Shown piece by piece: positions 40,350-52,521 of a stretch of DNA of 64,000 bases. The DNA comes from Octopus sinensis. Its lineage: Eukaryota. Both the position numbers and the translations under genes were made by a program. Location: contig NC_042998.1 in the NCBI RefSeq assembly GCF_006345805.1, forward strand, positions 103,788,001 to 103,852,000. The letters run 5' to 3'. The notes under the pieces are model-generated. The model saw only the letters and a list, made by a program, of their open reading frames with translations. It did not search any database and was not told the origin of the DNA. Positions within the stretch are counted from its first letter, which is position 1. Every line of letters begins with the position of its first letter.

Positions 40350-41210
40350 TCCACTCGGGTTCTATCCCAGGTGGCAAAGCGCAGACTCAATCTCTAATCG
40401 ACTTCTTCCCACAATACGTGGAAAGAAACAAAATCTCTTTGCCCTCTAAGGGCTGGCTCGCAAATTTGCGAGCCTCCTCAGGGTTGTCAAATAGCAACCA
40501 CACCGTTGCATACTTGACACCCCTGGCAATAAATTTTATATATGGCAGATACTCTACCAACTCTTTTTCAATTTGTATCTTTTTAAAGAGGACGATGTTG
40601 TCGAGTGACTTCGAGTAAGTCCTCAACACCACCGTCCTCCCTTCAAAGTCTTTCATCCACTGTTTGGGTGGGATAATCTCCCACTCCAATGCAGTGATGT
40701 TCATCTTTTTTCCATGTTTTTTGAGAAAAAAAAGTTAACAGAAAAACACAAGTTCAAAGAGTTCAAAAAAAACAAATCAATGATGGAAGAAAGGAAGAAG
40801 AAAAGAAAAAACAGTTCAAAAACACAGCAAATTGGCCGTCTTGGTACTCCTGGCCAACTCGGTAATCCACTTGGTAAACCAGGGCACAAAGCAGTCGCAC
40901 AACAATTTCACCAAAAAACGGATAAAACATAAAAACACAATGTTCACAATTATTGGAGTAGGGATACGCCTCCAAAACACACTTCTCACCGCTAAGTGAG
41001 CCTCCAAGTACAACTACAGGCAGACAAATGCCCGGAACTCAGTGGAGATTTCTTGTTCGACAAAATAAATAAACATGAGCAACAAACCCCCACTGAATCC
41101 CCAAACAAGCAAATGTCTTACCATGTAGTTGTACTTCACTTGTTCATTAATTCACGACGTTGGCGTACAGCGTCATGACTCCTAGCAGTGCAAAGAAAAA
41201 CACTGATTAA
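40350..41210 (-). mobile_element. 5' part (5'UTR plus ORF1 N-terminus) of a Tx1/L1-like retrotransposon
   Basis: ORF 40387-40704 contains YATVWLLFDNPEEARKFASQPLEGKEILFLSTYCGKK, an RRM-like segment typical of such ORF1 proteins, preceded by a Lys-rich stretch. Family call from memory, not from alignment. Confidence 0.55.
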
Positions 41211-41534
41211 CGCACGCGCGGAAGCAAGCTTCTTACCACGCAGCCACGCTTGTTAAAAAAATTGATTTATTACATTACAGCAGATTACTGTTCTCCTTCC
41301 CTATTAATTCTTGCTTTATTTAAATTATGTATTTATCTATTTAATTATTTATTTATTTGCATCCCGAACAAGATTCAAGCGTTTCATTGTATGAATTAAT
41401 GGATTTTTAAACCGGTAGGGCAACAGTCAATTCATTATTACACTAAGTTACGGTCCTTTAAATAATTAGTCTAAATGCTACAGGAGACAACGGAAGAACA
41501 TCTTGCTGGGATAGGAAATATGATCCTATAAGGA

Positions 41535-41700
41535 ATCGTGGTTGTGTGGTAAGAAGCTTGCTTCGCAACCACCAGGTTGTGGGTTCAGTCCCACTGCGTG
41601 ACATCTTGGTCAGGTGTCTTCTACAATAGCTTCGGGCCGACTAAAGCTTTGTGAGTGGATTGGTAGAAGGAAACAAAAAAGAAACCCGTCACGTGTGTGT
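41535..41700 (+). mobile_element. SINE family A, 5' half
   Basis: gtggttgtgtggtaag..gggttcagtccc..gggccgactaaagc. Confidence 0.8.
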
Positions 41701-41877
41701 ATGTAATAATATATATATATATATATACGAAACGTCATACCTCCCTGCTTCCATCTCCTGAGCGCCTATTAATAATAATACTGTAATTGTTCCTGTTGTT
41801 GTTGTTTTTTGTTTCCCTTTTGGATAAAAATTATATATATATAATATATATATATATATTATATATATATATATATA

Positions 41878-41957
<80 letters not shown>

Positions 41958-41999
41958 TAATATATATATATATATATAATATATATATATATTATATAG

Positions 42000-42032
<33 letters not shown>

Positions 42033-42050
42033 ATAATATATATATATATG

Positions 42051-42334
42051 GAGGCGCAATGGCCCAGTGGTTAGGGCAGCGGAGTCGCAGTCGTAGGATC
42101 GCGGTTTCGATTCCCAGACCGGGCGTTGTGAGTGTTTATTGAGCGAAAACACCTAAAAGCTCCACGAGGCTCCAGCAGGGGGTGGTGATCCCTGCTGTAC
42201 TCTTTCACCACTCTTTCTTCTGTTGGCCTGCTCGCTTAGCCAGCGGGGTGGCGTCATTCGAAGGCTAAAACAATGCAAACGCATTGTGACCAGCGATGTG
42301 TAACTACATCTGATGGACTGGTCGGTCACGTGAT

Positions 42335-42341
<7 letters not shown>
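42051..42341 (+). mobile_element. tRNA-derived SINE, family C
   Basis: A-box tggcccagtgg, B-box ggtttcgattccc and a palindromic end cacgtgatcacgtga, with (TA)n on both sides. A second copy is at 54437-54709. Confidence 0.9.
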
Positions 42342-42372
<31 letters not shown>

Positions 42373-42509
42373 TCAAAACATGAAAACACAAAGAGAAAAC
42401 ACAACAACGCGAGGACTTGGAACAAATATAGTATTATTGGACGCTCAGGAAGGAAGGGAAGAAGGAGGGTTTTACGAGAGATATATATATATATGTTTAT
42501 ATATATAAT

Positions 42510-42655
42510 TAATATTCGTAGCCACTTCAACATGGCTGTAGTTCGGACGGAATCTACTGCGATTTTTTAACCGCAAGGGTTAACCTCTTAGGGTTAAAAA
42601 ATCGTAATACAATCCGTTAGAACAGACAGCCATGTTGAAGTGGCTACGAATATTA
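42510..42655. mobile_element. Hairpin MITE-like element
   Basis: Perfect 30-bp termini taatattcgtagccacttcaacatggctgt / acagccatgttgaagtggctacgaatatta, with imperfect pairing continuing inward. Confidence 0.8.
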
Positions 42656-42715
42656 CATGTCTGCACAACTGCTGCGTGGTGATCTCTTAGAGACATTTTA
42701 GAACTAGCACTCTTG

Positions 42716-42771
<56 letters not shown>

Positions 42772-42859
42772 AATTTAGGGTAGCAAAAAAATTCAATAGA
42801 AATTTATCGCTACCAGCGGCCTGGTGGAAAAGAGAAAATAGTCATCGACTAACTATATA

Positions 42860-43089
42860 AATATAACAATTTAGGAGTGACCCTAGCAGGTCATTCGTCC
42901 ACCAGAAAGAGCAGCCATAACTCACACCGCCAAGTAGTAGTAATTCAGAAATTAGGTGAAAATTTAAAAACGGTAAATGTTTTTAAATTTTCACCTAATT
43001 TCTGAATTACTACTACTTGGCGTGTGTGTGAGTTATGCTGCTCTTTCTGGTGACGAATGACCTGCTAGGGTCACTCCTAAATTGTTATA
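42860..43089. repeat. ~110-bp-arm fold-back with a 7-nt loop
   Basis: Arms 42860-42971 and 42979-43089, loop ggtaaat, few indels. Confidence 0.9.
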
Positions 43090-43109
43090 ATATATATATA
43101 TATATAATG

Positions 43110-43141
<32 letters not shown>

Positions 43142-43150
43142 ATATATATG

Positions 43151-43239
<89 letters not shown>

Positions 43240-43246
43240 ATGTATG

Positions 43247-43278
<32 letters not shown>

Positions 43279-43319
43279 TGTATGTATGTATGTATGTGTT
43301 CATTTATTTGATTTTTGTG

Positions 43320-43520
43320 TTAGTTTTTGTCCCCTATCACCGCTTCACAACCATTGTTGGTTTGTCTACGTTTGTCTACGTTTGTAACTTTGTGATTCGG
43401 CAAAAAGAGACCGGTAGAATTAGTACCAGACTTAAAAAATAAAATTATTTTGATCTTTTTGTTCAACTAAACTTGTCAAGTCTAATGACTGAAACAAGTA
43501 AAAGATAAAAGATAAAAGAT
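43320..43520 (+). mobile_element. SINE family A-related 3' half
   Basis: cggcaaaaagagaccggtagaattagtacc..tgactgaaacaagtaaaagataaaagataaaagat. Confidence 0.7.
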
Positions 43521-44218
43521 TATAGCCCTCACCCATATTTCTTTTCTTTATACCTATATCTAAACTCAATATGTAATATTAAGCTATTTTGCCCTTCTCC
43601 GTTTCTCTGTTATGTGCTTTAAAATTAGTTCGAGATAAAACAGTTGAATACGTCACATCATATCGCTTTTACAAATCATGTCTATGTTTGTTTATGTCAT
43701 CAGAAACAAAAGTTTCATGAGGATAATGTTTAACTGAATCTCGAAATTCCTGTTATCTTTGACATCACATAAATTAATCTACAATGGGAATCGATATGTG
43801 AAGGGTGATGAATAACCCTTTAAATAAAAAAGAAGGCCGTTGATAAATAAATTTACGGCGTTACCTAGCGTTGTTTTATATTCAGCTTCTGGAAAACAGA
43901 ACAAGATATTTAAGTTTTAAAGTGCTGATCGTTAAGCATGATTGCGAACAATTTGTAAGTCATCTGAGTCACTTTAAACGATAGCACTGACAATTACGAA
44001 TTGATGACAACATTTATGCCAACACGTTTTGAACACTCTACAGAGAAACAGATTTACGCAGATTTTATTTACATTAGTTTGTACCCTGTCTCATAGCTAT
44101 ACAACAAGCCTATATAAATCTTTAGGGACTTCTGAAAACATAAATATGGAAAACATTCTTTAATGTAGACATGTATATGTAATAAACAAACAATGTATAT
44201 ACTATGCCATATGCCCAC

Positions 44219-44296
44219 GGGCATATGGCGTAGTGCTTAAGAGCGCGGGCTACTAACCCCAAGATTCCGAGTTCGATTCCAAGCAGTGACCTGAAC
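44219..44296 (+). mobile_element. tRNA-like Pol III head (SINE head, not a functional tRNA)
   Basis: A-box-like tggcgtagtgc, stem-loop gcggg-ct-act-aa-cccc and B-box gagttcgattcc. No acceptor-stem 3' strand; followed by (AAT)n. Confidence 0.75.
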
Positions 44297-44348
<52 letters not shown>

Positions 44349-44395
44349 TCGGAGAATACCTTAGGAATGACAACCCAGGTTCGAAATTTCCCCAA

Positions 44396-44441
44396 GACAC
44401 CTGAAGAAGGCTGGAGGGTATATCAGCCGAAACGTTGTGTT
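44396..44441 (+). ncRNA. Minimal type-I hammerhead ribozyme motif (Penelope type)
   Basis: Helix I GACAC/GTGTT, core CTGAAGA (44401-44407), one extra A, helix II GGCTG/CAGCC, GAAA (44429-44432), then palindromic ACGT in place of helix III. Predicted cleavage after 44436 (H17 = U). Confidence 0.65.
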
Positions 44442-44639
44442 AACAACAAACAAGATGAGGATAAATATCTGTCGAATGTAAATAATGTAAATAATGAATA
44501 TATATACTATTGCTTTATCTTTCTCAACCGCCTTCTCTCTCTCACTCTCTCTCTCTCTCACTGTGTATATTCTTTTACTTGTTTCAGTCATTTGACTGCG
44601 GCCATGCTGGAGCACCGCCTTTGTACCATATATACATAT

Positions 44640-45072
44640 ATTCTTTTATTCTTTTATTCTTCTACTTATTTCAGTCATTTGACTGCGGCCATGCTGGGGC
44701 ATCGCCTTCAAGGATTTTTAGTCGAATGAATCTACCCCAGTAATTAAATTTTTTGCTAAGACTGGTACTTACTCGAAGCCTGGTTTCCTTTTGTTGAGGA
44801 CATAAACACAACAACACGCTTGTCAAGCGACGGTGGAGGTCACAGGCACAAAGACACACGCACGCACACACGCACGCACGCACACACATGCACGCACACA
44901 CACACACACACACGACGGGCATTAAGTTTCTGTCAACCAAATCTATTCACAAGACTATTGTCAGCTTGAGGCTATAGTAGAAGACGTTTAGTCAACGTGC
45001 CACGCAGTTGGACTGAACCCGGAACCATGTGGTTAGGAAGCAAGCTTCTTATCACACAGCCATACCTATGCC
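44640..45072 (-). mobile_element. SINE family A (additional tail fragment at ~44567-44625)
   Basis: Tail attcttttattcttttatt, body, (CA)/(CGCA) centre and head ggactgaacccgg. Confidence 0.85.
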
Positions 45073-45367
45073 TATATATGTATGTATATATATATATATG
45101 TGTGTGTGTATATGTGTGTGTGTGCGCGTCTGCGTGCATGTGGAGGAGGAATGTCTGTATATGTATATATTAATACATACAAGCACATATAAGTGTGTGG
45201 TGAGGAGGTAGTTATGTGTGTAAGCAGAAATAGAGACATATATGTGTATGAATGAGTGTGTCTTCAGAAGTCTCTGTGAACCACAGGCAAACTCCAGAGT
45301 AGGAAGAGACTGGCTCCATATAATCTGTACTATACTATTGAAAACTGTTTTATCTGAGTTAACATTT

Positions 45368-45407
<40 letters not shown>

Positions 45408-45902
45408 GTGTTTGTGTCTGTTTAGGAACAAAAATTGCGGGTTACATTAAATAATGAGACTAAAAAACACTGTACATGAAGATGACAAAAGAACAAACGG
45501 CAAATTCACACACAAGACTTGGACATACCTTTCCTCGTCAGGAGAATACACACACACACACACGCACACACACACATACACACACATCGTTTGCGCGAAG
45601 AGAATTCAGAAACTTCGAAACAACGTGAGATAATTTTTCTTTTTAAGAGTAGACCTCGAAGGAGATACAGCTATATAAAAAAAGCATATAAATCTTGCCT
45701 AAAAACCGAACAAATTGTTAGTAAAGGTTGTCAGTAAAAAAGAGAATTTAAGTGTTGTCTCTTAATTGTTTACTGATTTAAAAACGGTCATTAGATCATT
45801 TGCTACAAGAAAATCAATAGTCTCTTCCTTTCTCTCTCTCTGTCTTTCTCTGTCTCTATGTATCTCTATCTCGCTATATATGTGCGTGTGCCTATGTATA
45901 CG

Positions 45903-45953
<51 letters not shown>

Positions 45954-46269
45954 TGTGTGTGTGTATGTATGTGCATACACACAAATTAAGTTTGGCAAAG
46001 AAAAAGTAGAAAAAGTTGACAGTAAAAAATAATATTTAATAAATATATTAACTTAAGTAAAATGTATTGACTGATCCTGCATTTTGATGTTAAATTTTTG
46101 ATGTTAAATTTTTTTACATATAAAATAAAAATCTTTTATACATCCATATCTACACGCACACACATACACACATACGTACGCGCACACATATACAAACACA
46201 CACACACACAGAAACACACGACTTGGGGATCAGTATGTGCAATGACGCATTATTTTTACGCACATTACC

Positions 46270-47015
46270 AAGATGGCAGCAAAGTGCAGACAACTGGCAG
46301 GATCGATACTGAGGTCCTTCAAGACAAGACCAAGAAAATACGTTGACCCTGTGATAAACCTTTGTTCTCAGCCGCCTGGACTACTGCTCCCAGGTGTGGT
46401 CACCACATAATGCCAAACTAACTGTGGAGCTTGAAGCAGTTCAACACCACTACATTAAATAGATTGAAGCAGTGCAGCGGATGAGTTACAGGGATAGGCT
46501 GAGAAAACTACAGCTTTACTCCGTGGAGCGAAGGCTTGAAAGATATGCAATAATCTTTATATGGAAAATTCTAGAAGGGCTAGTACCTAGTTTCCGTATT
46601 GAGTGTTAGAAAAGTACCAGAACTGGCCGCCAATGTATTGTACCAAATGTGCCATCCACTCCTTCTAAATTCAGGACCAGGTACTGCAATAGTCTAGGGT
46701 TCAAAAGACCACAGCTGTTCAATGCCCTGCCACTAAAATTAAGAAATCTGCATAAGGTGAAAGTAGATATCTTCAAAAAGGAACTAGACATCCTCCTCTC
46801 CACAATACCGGATGAAGCAACAACCCGATATGAGGGGTAGACGAGAGCAGCGGAATCGCACTCCCTTATACACCAAATGGGTCAACAACTGGGACAAAGG
46901 CACGTGCAGGAGTTGTGATGGGAAACGCCACAGAGTAAGGAAATCAAAAAGACCACGATGGTGCTCCAGAATGACCGCAGCAGCATGGCTCAAACGAGTA
47001 AAAGAATAAAAGAAT
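46270..47015 (+). mobile_element. CR1-like LINE 3' end (pseudogene)
   Basis: Broken frames FVLSRLDYCSQVWSPH, ELEAVQ, SYRDRLRKLQLYSVERRLERYAIIFIWKILEGLVP and FNALP...FKKELD, then a 3'UTR ending in (AAAAGAAT)2. Confidence 0.88.
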
Positions 47016-47080
47016 ATATACATATCAAAATATAATATATAGGTGTAAGTATATGTGTGTTTGTGTGCGTGTGTAAGTAC

Positions 47081-47111
<31 letters not shown>

Positions 47112-47139
47112 GTGTGTGTGTGGTGTGTGTGTGCGTATG

Positions 47140-47170
<31 letters not shown>

Positions 47171-50100
47171 TAGTTATCTATCGCTATATATATAATAAAT
47201 ATACTTACATGCATACATACATTATCATTACGGCCCTGGGATATATATTGAGAAATTAGGTTTCTCAAAATCAGAAAGGAGAACTCAAATCGAAGACTAC
47301 AGATCCAATCCATCATTGAAACTGTAAAAATCTTTAAAACTTCCCAGAAGTTTATCATTTAAATATATACGTGCATACATCCATAAACATACAAATCTGC
47401 ACATACATACAGACATACATACACATACAAAAATACCCTGTTGTTGATGTTGAAATTCTAATGAAGGAACCTTGGATCTAGGTTAGAAACCGATTCTTTC
47501 TCTCTTGGTAAGAAATCTTGAATGAAACTGAATAATGACATACGTACATGCATGCATGCATACATACATACATACATACATACATACATACATACATACA
47601 TACATACATACATACATACATACATACATACATACATACATACATTATCGATCAGTAAATGCCTAGTTATGTCATGTAACTGGTCAGAATGCTACGGATG
47701 GTTTCGCACCAGCTATTGCCAGAAGGGAACGTTTAATAAGATGCTTAATTGACGGGGGTATTTTTCATTCACTTTATGATTGTGTAATACTGTTCCATGA
47801 GTCACGGGTATTCTCACGAGCAGAACAAATAAATAAATCCTTTCTGGAGTATAGACAGATCACTTAGGCACTTTGCAATCTTTTCCTAGACGACGATAAA
47901 CTGGTGTTTCATTAATAAAGCGTAAGTCACTTTTCTACAATCGTCCGTGTAGTACTTCATTTAGATATATAGCCTTATATTATCATCAATTAAAAAGGGT
48001 GAATTCTAAACTAATACTAAAGCTGTTATTCTATGAGAATACTTAAACTAATTTAAATATTATTTCGACTGGTTTTCTACTTGTTCCATGAGTACAATCC
48101 AATGGAATAATTCCTCTCACCATTAAGGAAGCTTAAAAGTTAATCAATTACACATACTATTCGTGGCACAATTTATGATGTGATGGTCGTAGGCAGAAAG
48201 CCTTTATACATATGTCTACACCACTCGGGCCAAAACAATAGTAACAACAACAAAAACAACAACAGCAACAATAGCATAACATATTGAAATACAATGTTAT
48301 GTATTCATTTAAAATTCTCTATTTCAGTAAAGATATTTTAGATTCCTATCTGCAGAATTTACAGAAATTACTTCACACTAAATGTAGTATCTTGTCAACA
48401 AGACTAACACATGAGCTTTTACAGTTAATAGTTGCCTCGTAAAGCAATTCAAAGAAATAAATAGGAACTATAAAATATATAAATATATTAACATTTTGAA
48501 CCATTAACCAGGAAATATCTATATAAAACGTATTAATTTTTTTAAGAGAAGTGTCTGTGTATCGAAAGATAAATTTCACACAGAAAAAAAGACTTTTTTA
48601 AAAAATAAATCATTAAATAAGATACATATAACAGATACATAAACAGCCTGCATCAGTAAAATGAATAATAAAATATACAAACTCTATGAGAAGGATTCAG
48701 GAAAATTATTAAATCTACCCAACTTAGTATAGAAATGTTTGTTATAAAACGAAAAATTGTTTGTGTGCGTACGCGTACATGCGTGAATTTGTTGGCGTGT
48801 ATATGTATTCTTACATACGCACGCGCACACACACACGCACACGCGCACACACACACTCTCTCTCATATATATATATATTTACATCGCACATTACAAATTC
48901 AGTCTGTAAGTAGAACAATAAAGATATGCAAGAGCTTTCTCATATTAATAAGGTTTTATACCAACATTTCCGCATTGGAGTTCGTATCCGTTTGAAACCA
49001 ACACCTTTCTCAAAGGAAGAATTTAAATAATTAAAAGCAGAAGTGAACATACATATATATACATACATACATTCACATACATATGCATTTATGTTTGTAT
49101 CTATGTATTGGTACTGCTTATTTGGTTACTTGATGGAATGTACTGTTGTACCACTATCTAATTTTCAGAAGTATACTTTTGAAATCGTATGATACGTATA
49201 AACAAGAAGGGGGTGTATTAATAATAATTTTAAGAAAGTTTTGGTAGTAATGGAGCTGAAAACAGAATGAAGACAGATAATATTGCTTTTGCGTAACCGT
49301 TCTAATTTATTGTTTTCATATACATGGTATGTACTATATTTTTTCAACATATCCATTTTTTCTGAAGGTGTTATTATAATACGGCGCTGCATTTGAAAAT
49401 ATACTCATCTGACAAGATGGTTGATATGCGGCTACGTACATAATGGAAGAAAGTACCTCGCCCCCTCCCCCCCAAACCCCACCAAAAGTCAGCCTTTATG
49501 CAAATTTAGAAAATGAGACCATAAAAAGCATAAAATGTCGCTAACGTTTTGTTGGTTGCATTTAGGTTGAGAAGCTGATTGGCCTAAGTTATAAACTGCA
49601 CGATGCCGTAATATCCCTCTCTGCTATTGGCACAAGGCGTGAAATTTTGGACGAGAGAGCTACTCGCTTACATTGACCCCATTACTTGACTGGTACTTGT
49701 TGTAATGCTCACGAAAGGATGAAAGGCAAAGTCGATCTTGCTGGAATTTGAAATCAGAACAGACGATATGTCGCTAAGGCGTGAATGTTAACGATTCTGC
49801 CAGCTTGCCGCCTTGACGCCGTAACATCGAAAACACTTTAGCAACGACTCTATCGTATAGAAACAATGATAACAATGAAATTTAAAAACTTGCTTACTTT
49901 TTTACACCGAGAAAATACTGCCGATCCCATCAATTGCTTATTTTCTATAAAATGCATCTAGACTATTGGACAGCATAATTGAAAGATTGCACATACTTTG
50001 TAGATTTGGGACATTCACTGCACTGCTAAATTCCAGATTAGAAATTTTCAGCAAATGCAAATAAGTGGACAAGTTTCTTTTGGTGAACTGGAAAACACCA

Positions 50101-50759
50101 GCCTCTTGAGGTTGAGCAGCCGTATCTCAGGCTTCAAACCCCTTACATTGCTTCTACACCAACTAGCTTTATAGCGTTACGCTCAAAAGAGACGTAACTT
50201 TAAGTCTTCTTCTCTCTTTTCTTTTTGTCTTTTCATGCTTCTACTCTTTGTATCCACCTAACATTCGATATTTCTTGTGATTTCTCTTGTTATAATGTTC
50301 ATATTTACAGGCTATGTGCACTGAACATCGAGATTGCTTGGAGACACAAGGCGGGTTTTTAAAACCTGCCAAGATAACATCTCTCATGAATGAAACTCTT
50401 AGTAGCTCATAACGATATACTGTATACATGAAACACTATATAGTTTTTTAACGGTGGAACTCGAAGTTCATGAATGAGAATATTCCTCCTTCATAACTAT
50501 CGTGTATATATGTGTGTATGTGATTTGCAAACCAGTGGTTATTTTATGAAACAGTATGAACATAGTAGTGTTTCAATATCTACTTTCCGTTTCAATTCCT
50601 ATCTTGTTAATAGCTTTAGAAGATCCTTACATGACAGCCTCATAAAAAAAGCTACATCTACATGTGCATCGCATATATACATTTTTATACACTCACACAA
50701 TCACTCTTTTGCATACTAACACACAAACCTCTGTATGTATGAATATCTTTATACATATT

Positions 50760-50806
<47 letters not shown>

Positions 50807-50875
50807 CTGTCTATCTATAAATAAATGAAGATAGATAGATAGACAGATATATAGATACACAGACAGACAGACAGG

Positions 50876-50969
<94 letters not shown>
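50876..50969. repeat. (TAGA)n microsatellite
   Basis: About 23 perfect units. Confidence 0.95.
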
Positions 50970-51701
50970 TGAGGAGCTTAAATTTAACGCTAATTAACGT
51001 TAATTCTTGTAAATCCTTGTATATCTCTTATGGAGAGAAATATAATTTTAATAATTGTAAATACATTTTTTCTACTTATTGTTGATACGATGGCTACATG
51101 CCAACTGCAATGTTGCACATGAAAAGTTTATTACTATAAATATTCAAGCAAACATCATTGATGCTTCTTAATTATGATAACTGAACAAACAATTTTGAAT
51201 TATTAAGCTTCCCTGAATTTTATATTTTTCAAAATTGCCGTTGGGAAAACTCAAAATTAATTGATGTCATAGATGAAAGTATAAGATGGCTAGTACTACC
51301 AAGCGGAAAAGGGTAATTATATACAATAAATGTGATTGATGCCTGTATATAATACTTTCCAATGCAACGATAGATTTTTGATTCATATAAAAGTATACCT
51401 TACAGCATAAATCACTCATGTAATATTTATGTTTATAGAAATTTCTTCGCGCTCAATGTTGTGTCATTGGCAATCAGGAAATATTCGGTGTTAGAAAATA
51501 TAGCTTTCCCCAAAAAATCAACAAATATTGCTTCTGATGTCATTTTTAATACAGATGGATTGTTATCAGTATCTTCAAAATGAATACCACATTCTCTGAT
51601 AGAGTTCTCCATCACAAAACTTCTAGATAAGTTAAGGTTACACAAAAGAACGAAAAACTTTAAGACATTATAGATCTATCTATCTGCCCATCAATCTCTC
51701 G

Positions 51702-51768
<67 letters not shown>

Positions 51769-51992
51769 TCTCTCTCCACACACACACACGCATATATATA
51801 TATGTATGTATTTATTATGTTAATGTAAATCATAAATATAAAATGATTATCTAAATTTTTGTCTCTTCTTATAACAAGTTAAATAATGTTCGACCTGAGC
51901 ACTTCCAACCAATCGAGTACAAAAATTAGAGTAAGAGTCGTACAAAATTTAGATACCTACTATAAGGTAAGCACAAGGATGTACGCATCCCG

Positions 51993-52028
<36 letters not shown>

Positions 52029-52425
52029 CCTTGGGCAAACTCTACAGCTATTAAAAGAGGGAATTTAGAAAAATCTTGCGAAGAAACATACAATATAAAT
52101 GCGAAAATTTTCTGCTATTGGAATAAGTTGCAAGAGACTCTCTGATTGATGCCTGCCACACTTTTAGTGCATGCATGGACACTATTTCGAATTTTTGTCT
52201 AAAATGCGGAACAAATAATTCCAACAATCTGCATCTTATTTTATCCCATTTTTTCTATTATTTGCGATGTGTGTGTGTCTGTGTGTGTATGCGTGCGCGC
52301 GCGCGTGTTTGAGTGTGTGCGCGTGTGTCTATAAGTGTCAATACCATGCCTACGTACATACATAATCCCCACATATGCGTATGAATATATATATATATAC
52401 ATATTTATACACACACATACACACG

Positions 52426-52521
<96 letters not shown>

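Noticed and set aside
44219-44296. Functional tRNA gene
   Set aside because: No closing acceptor stem and no terminator; runs into (AAT)n like a SINE head.
51433-51645. 70-aa non-repetitive minus-strand ORF (..SFVMENSIRECGIHFEDTDNNPS..)
   Set aside because: Protein-like, but only weak donors and no recognisable motif; cannot be supported without expression data.
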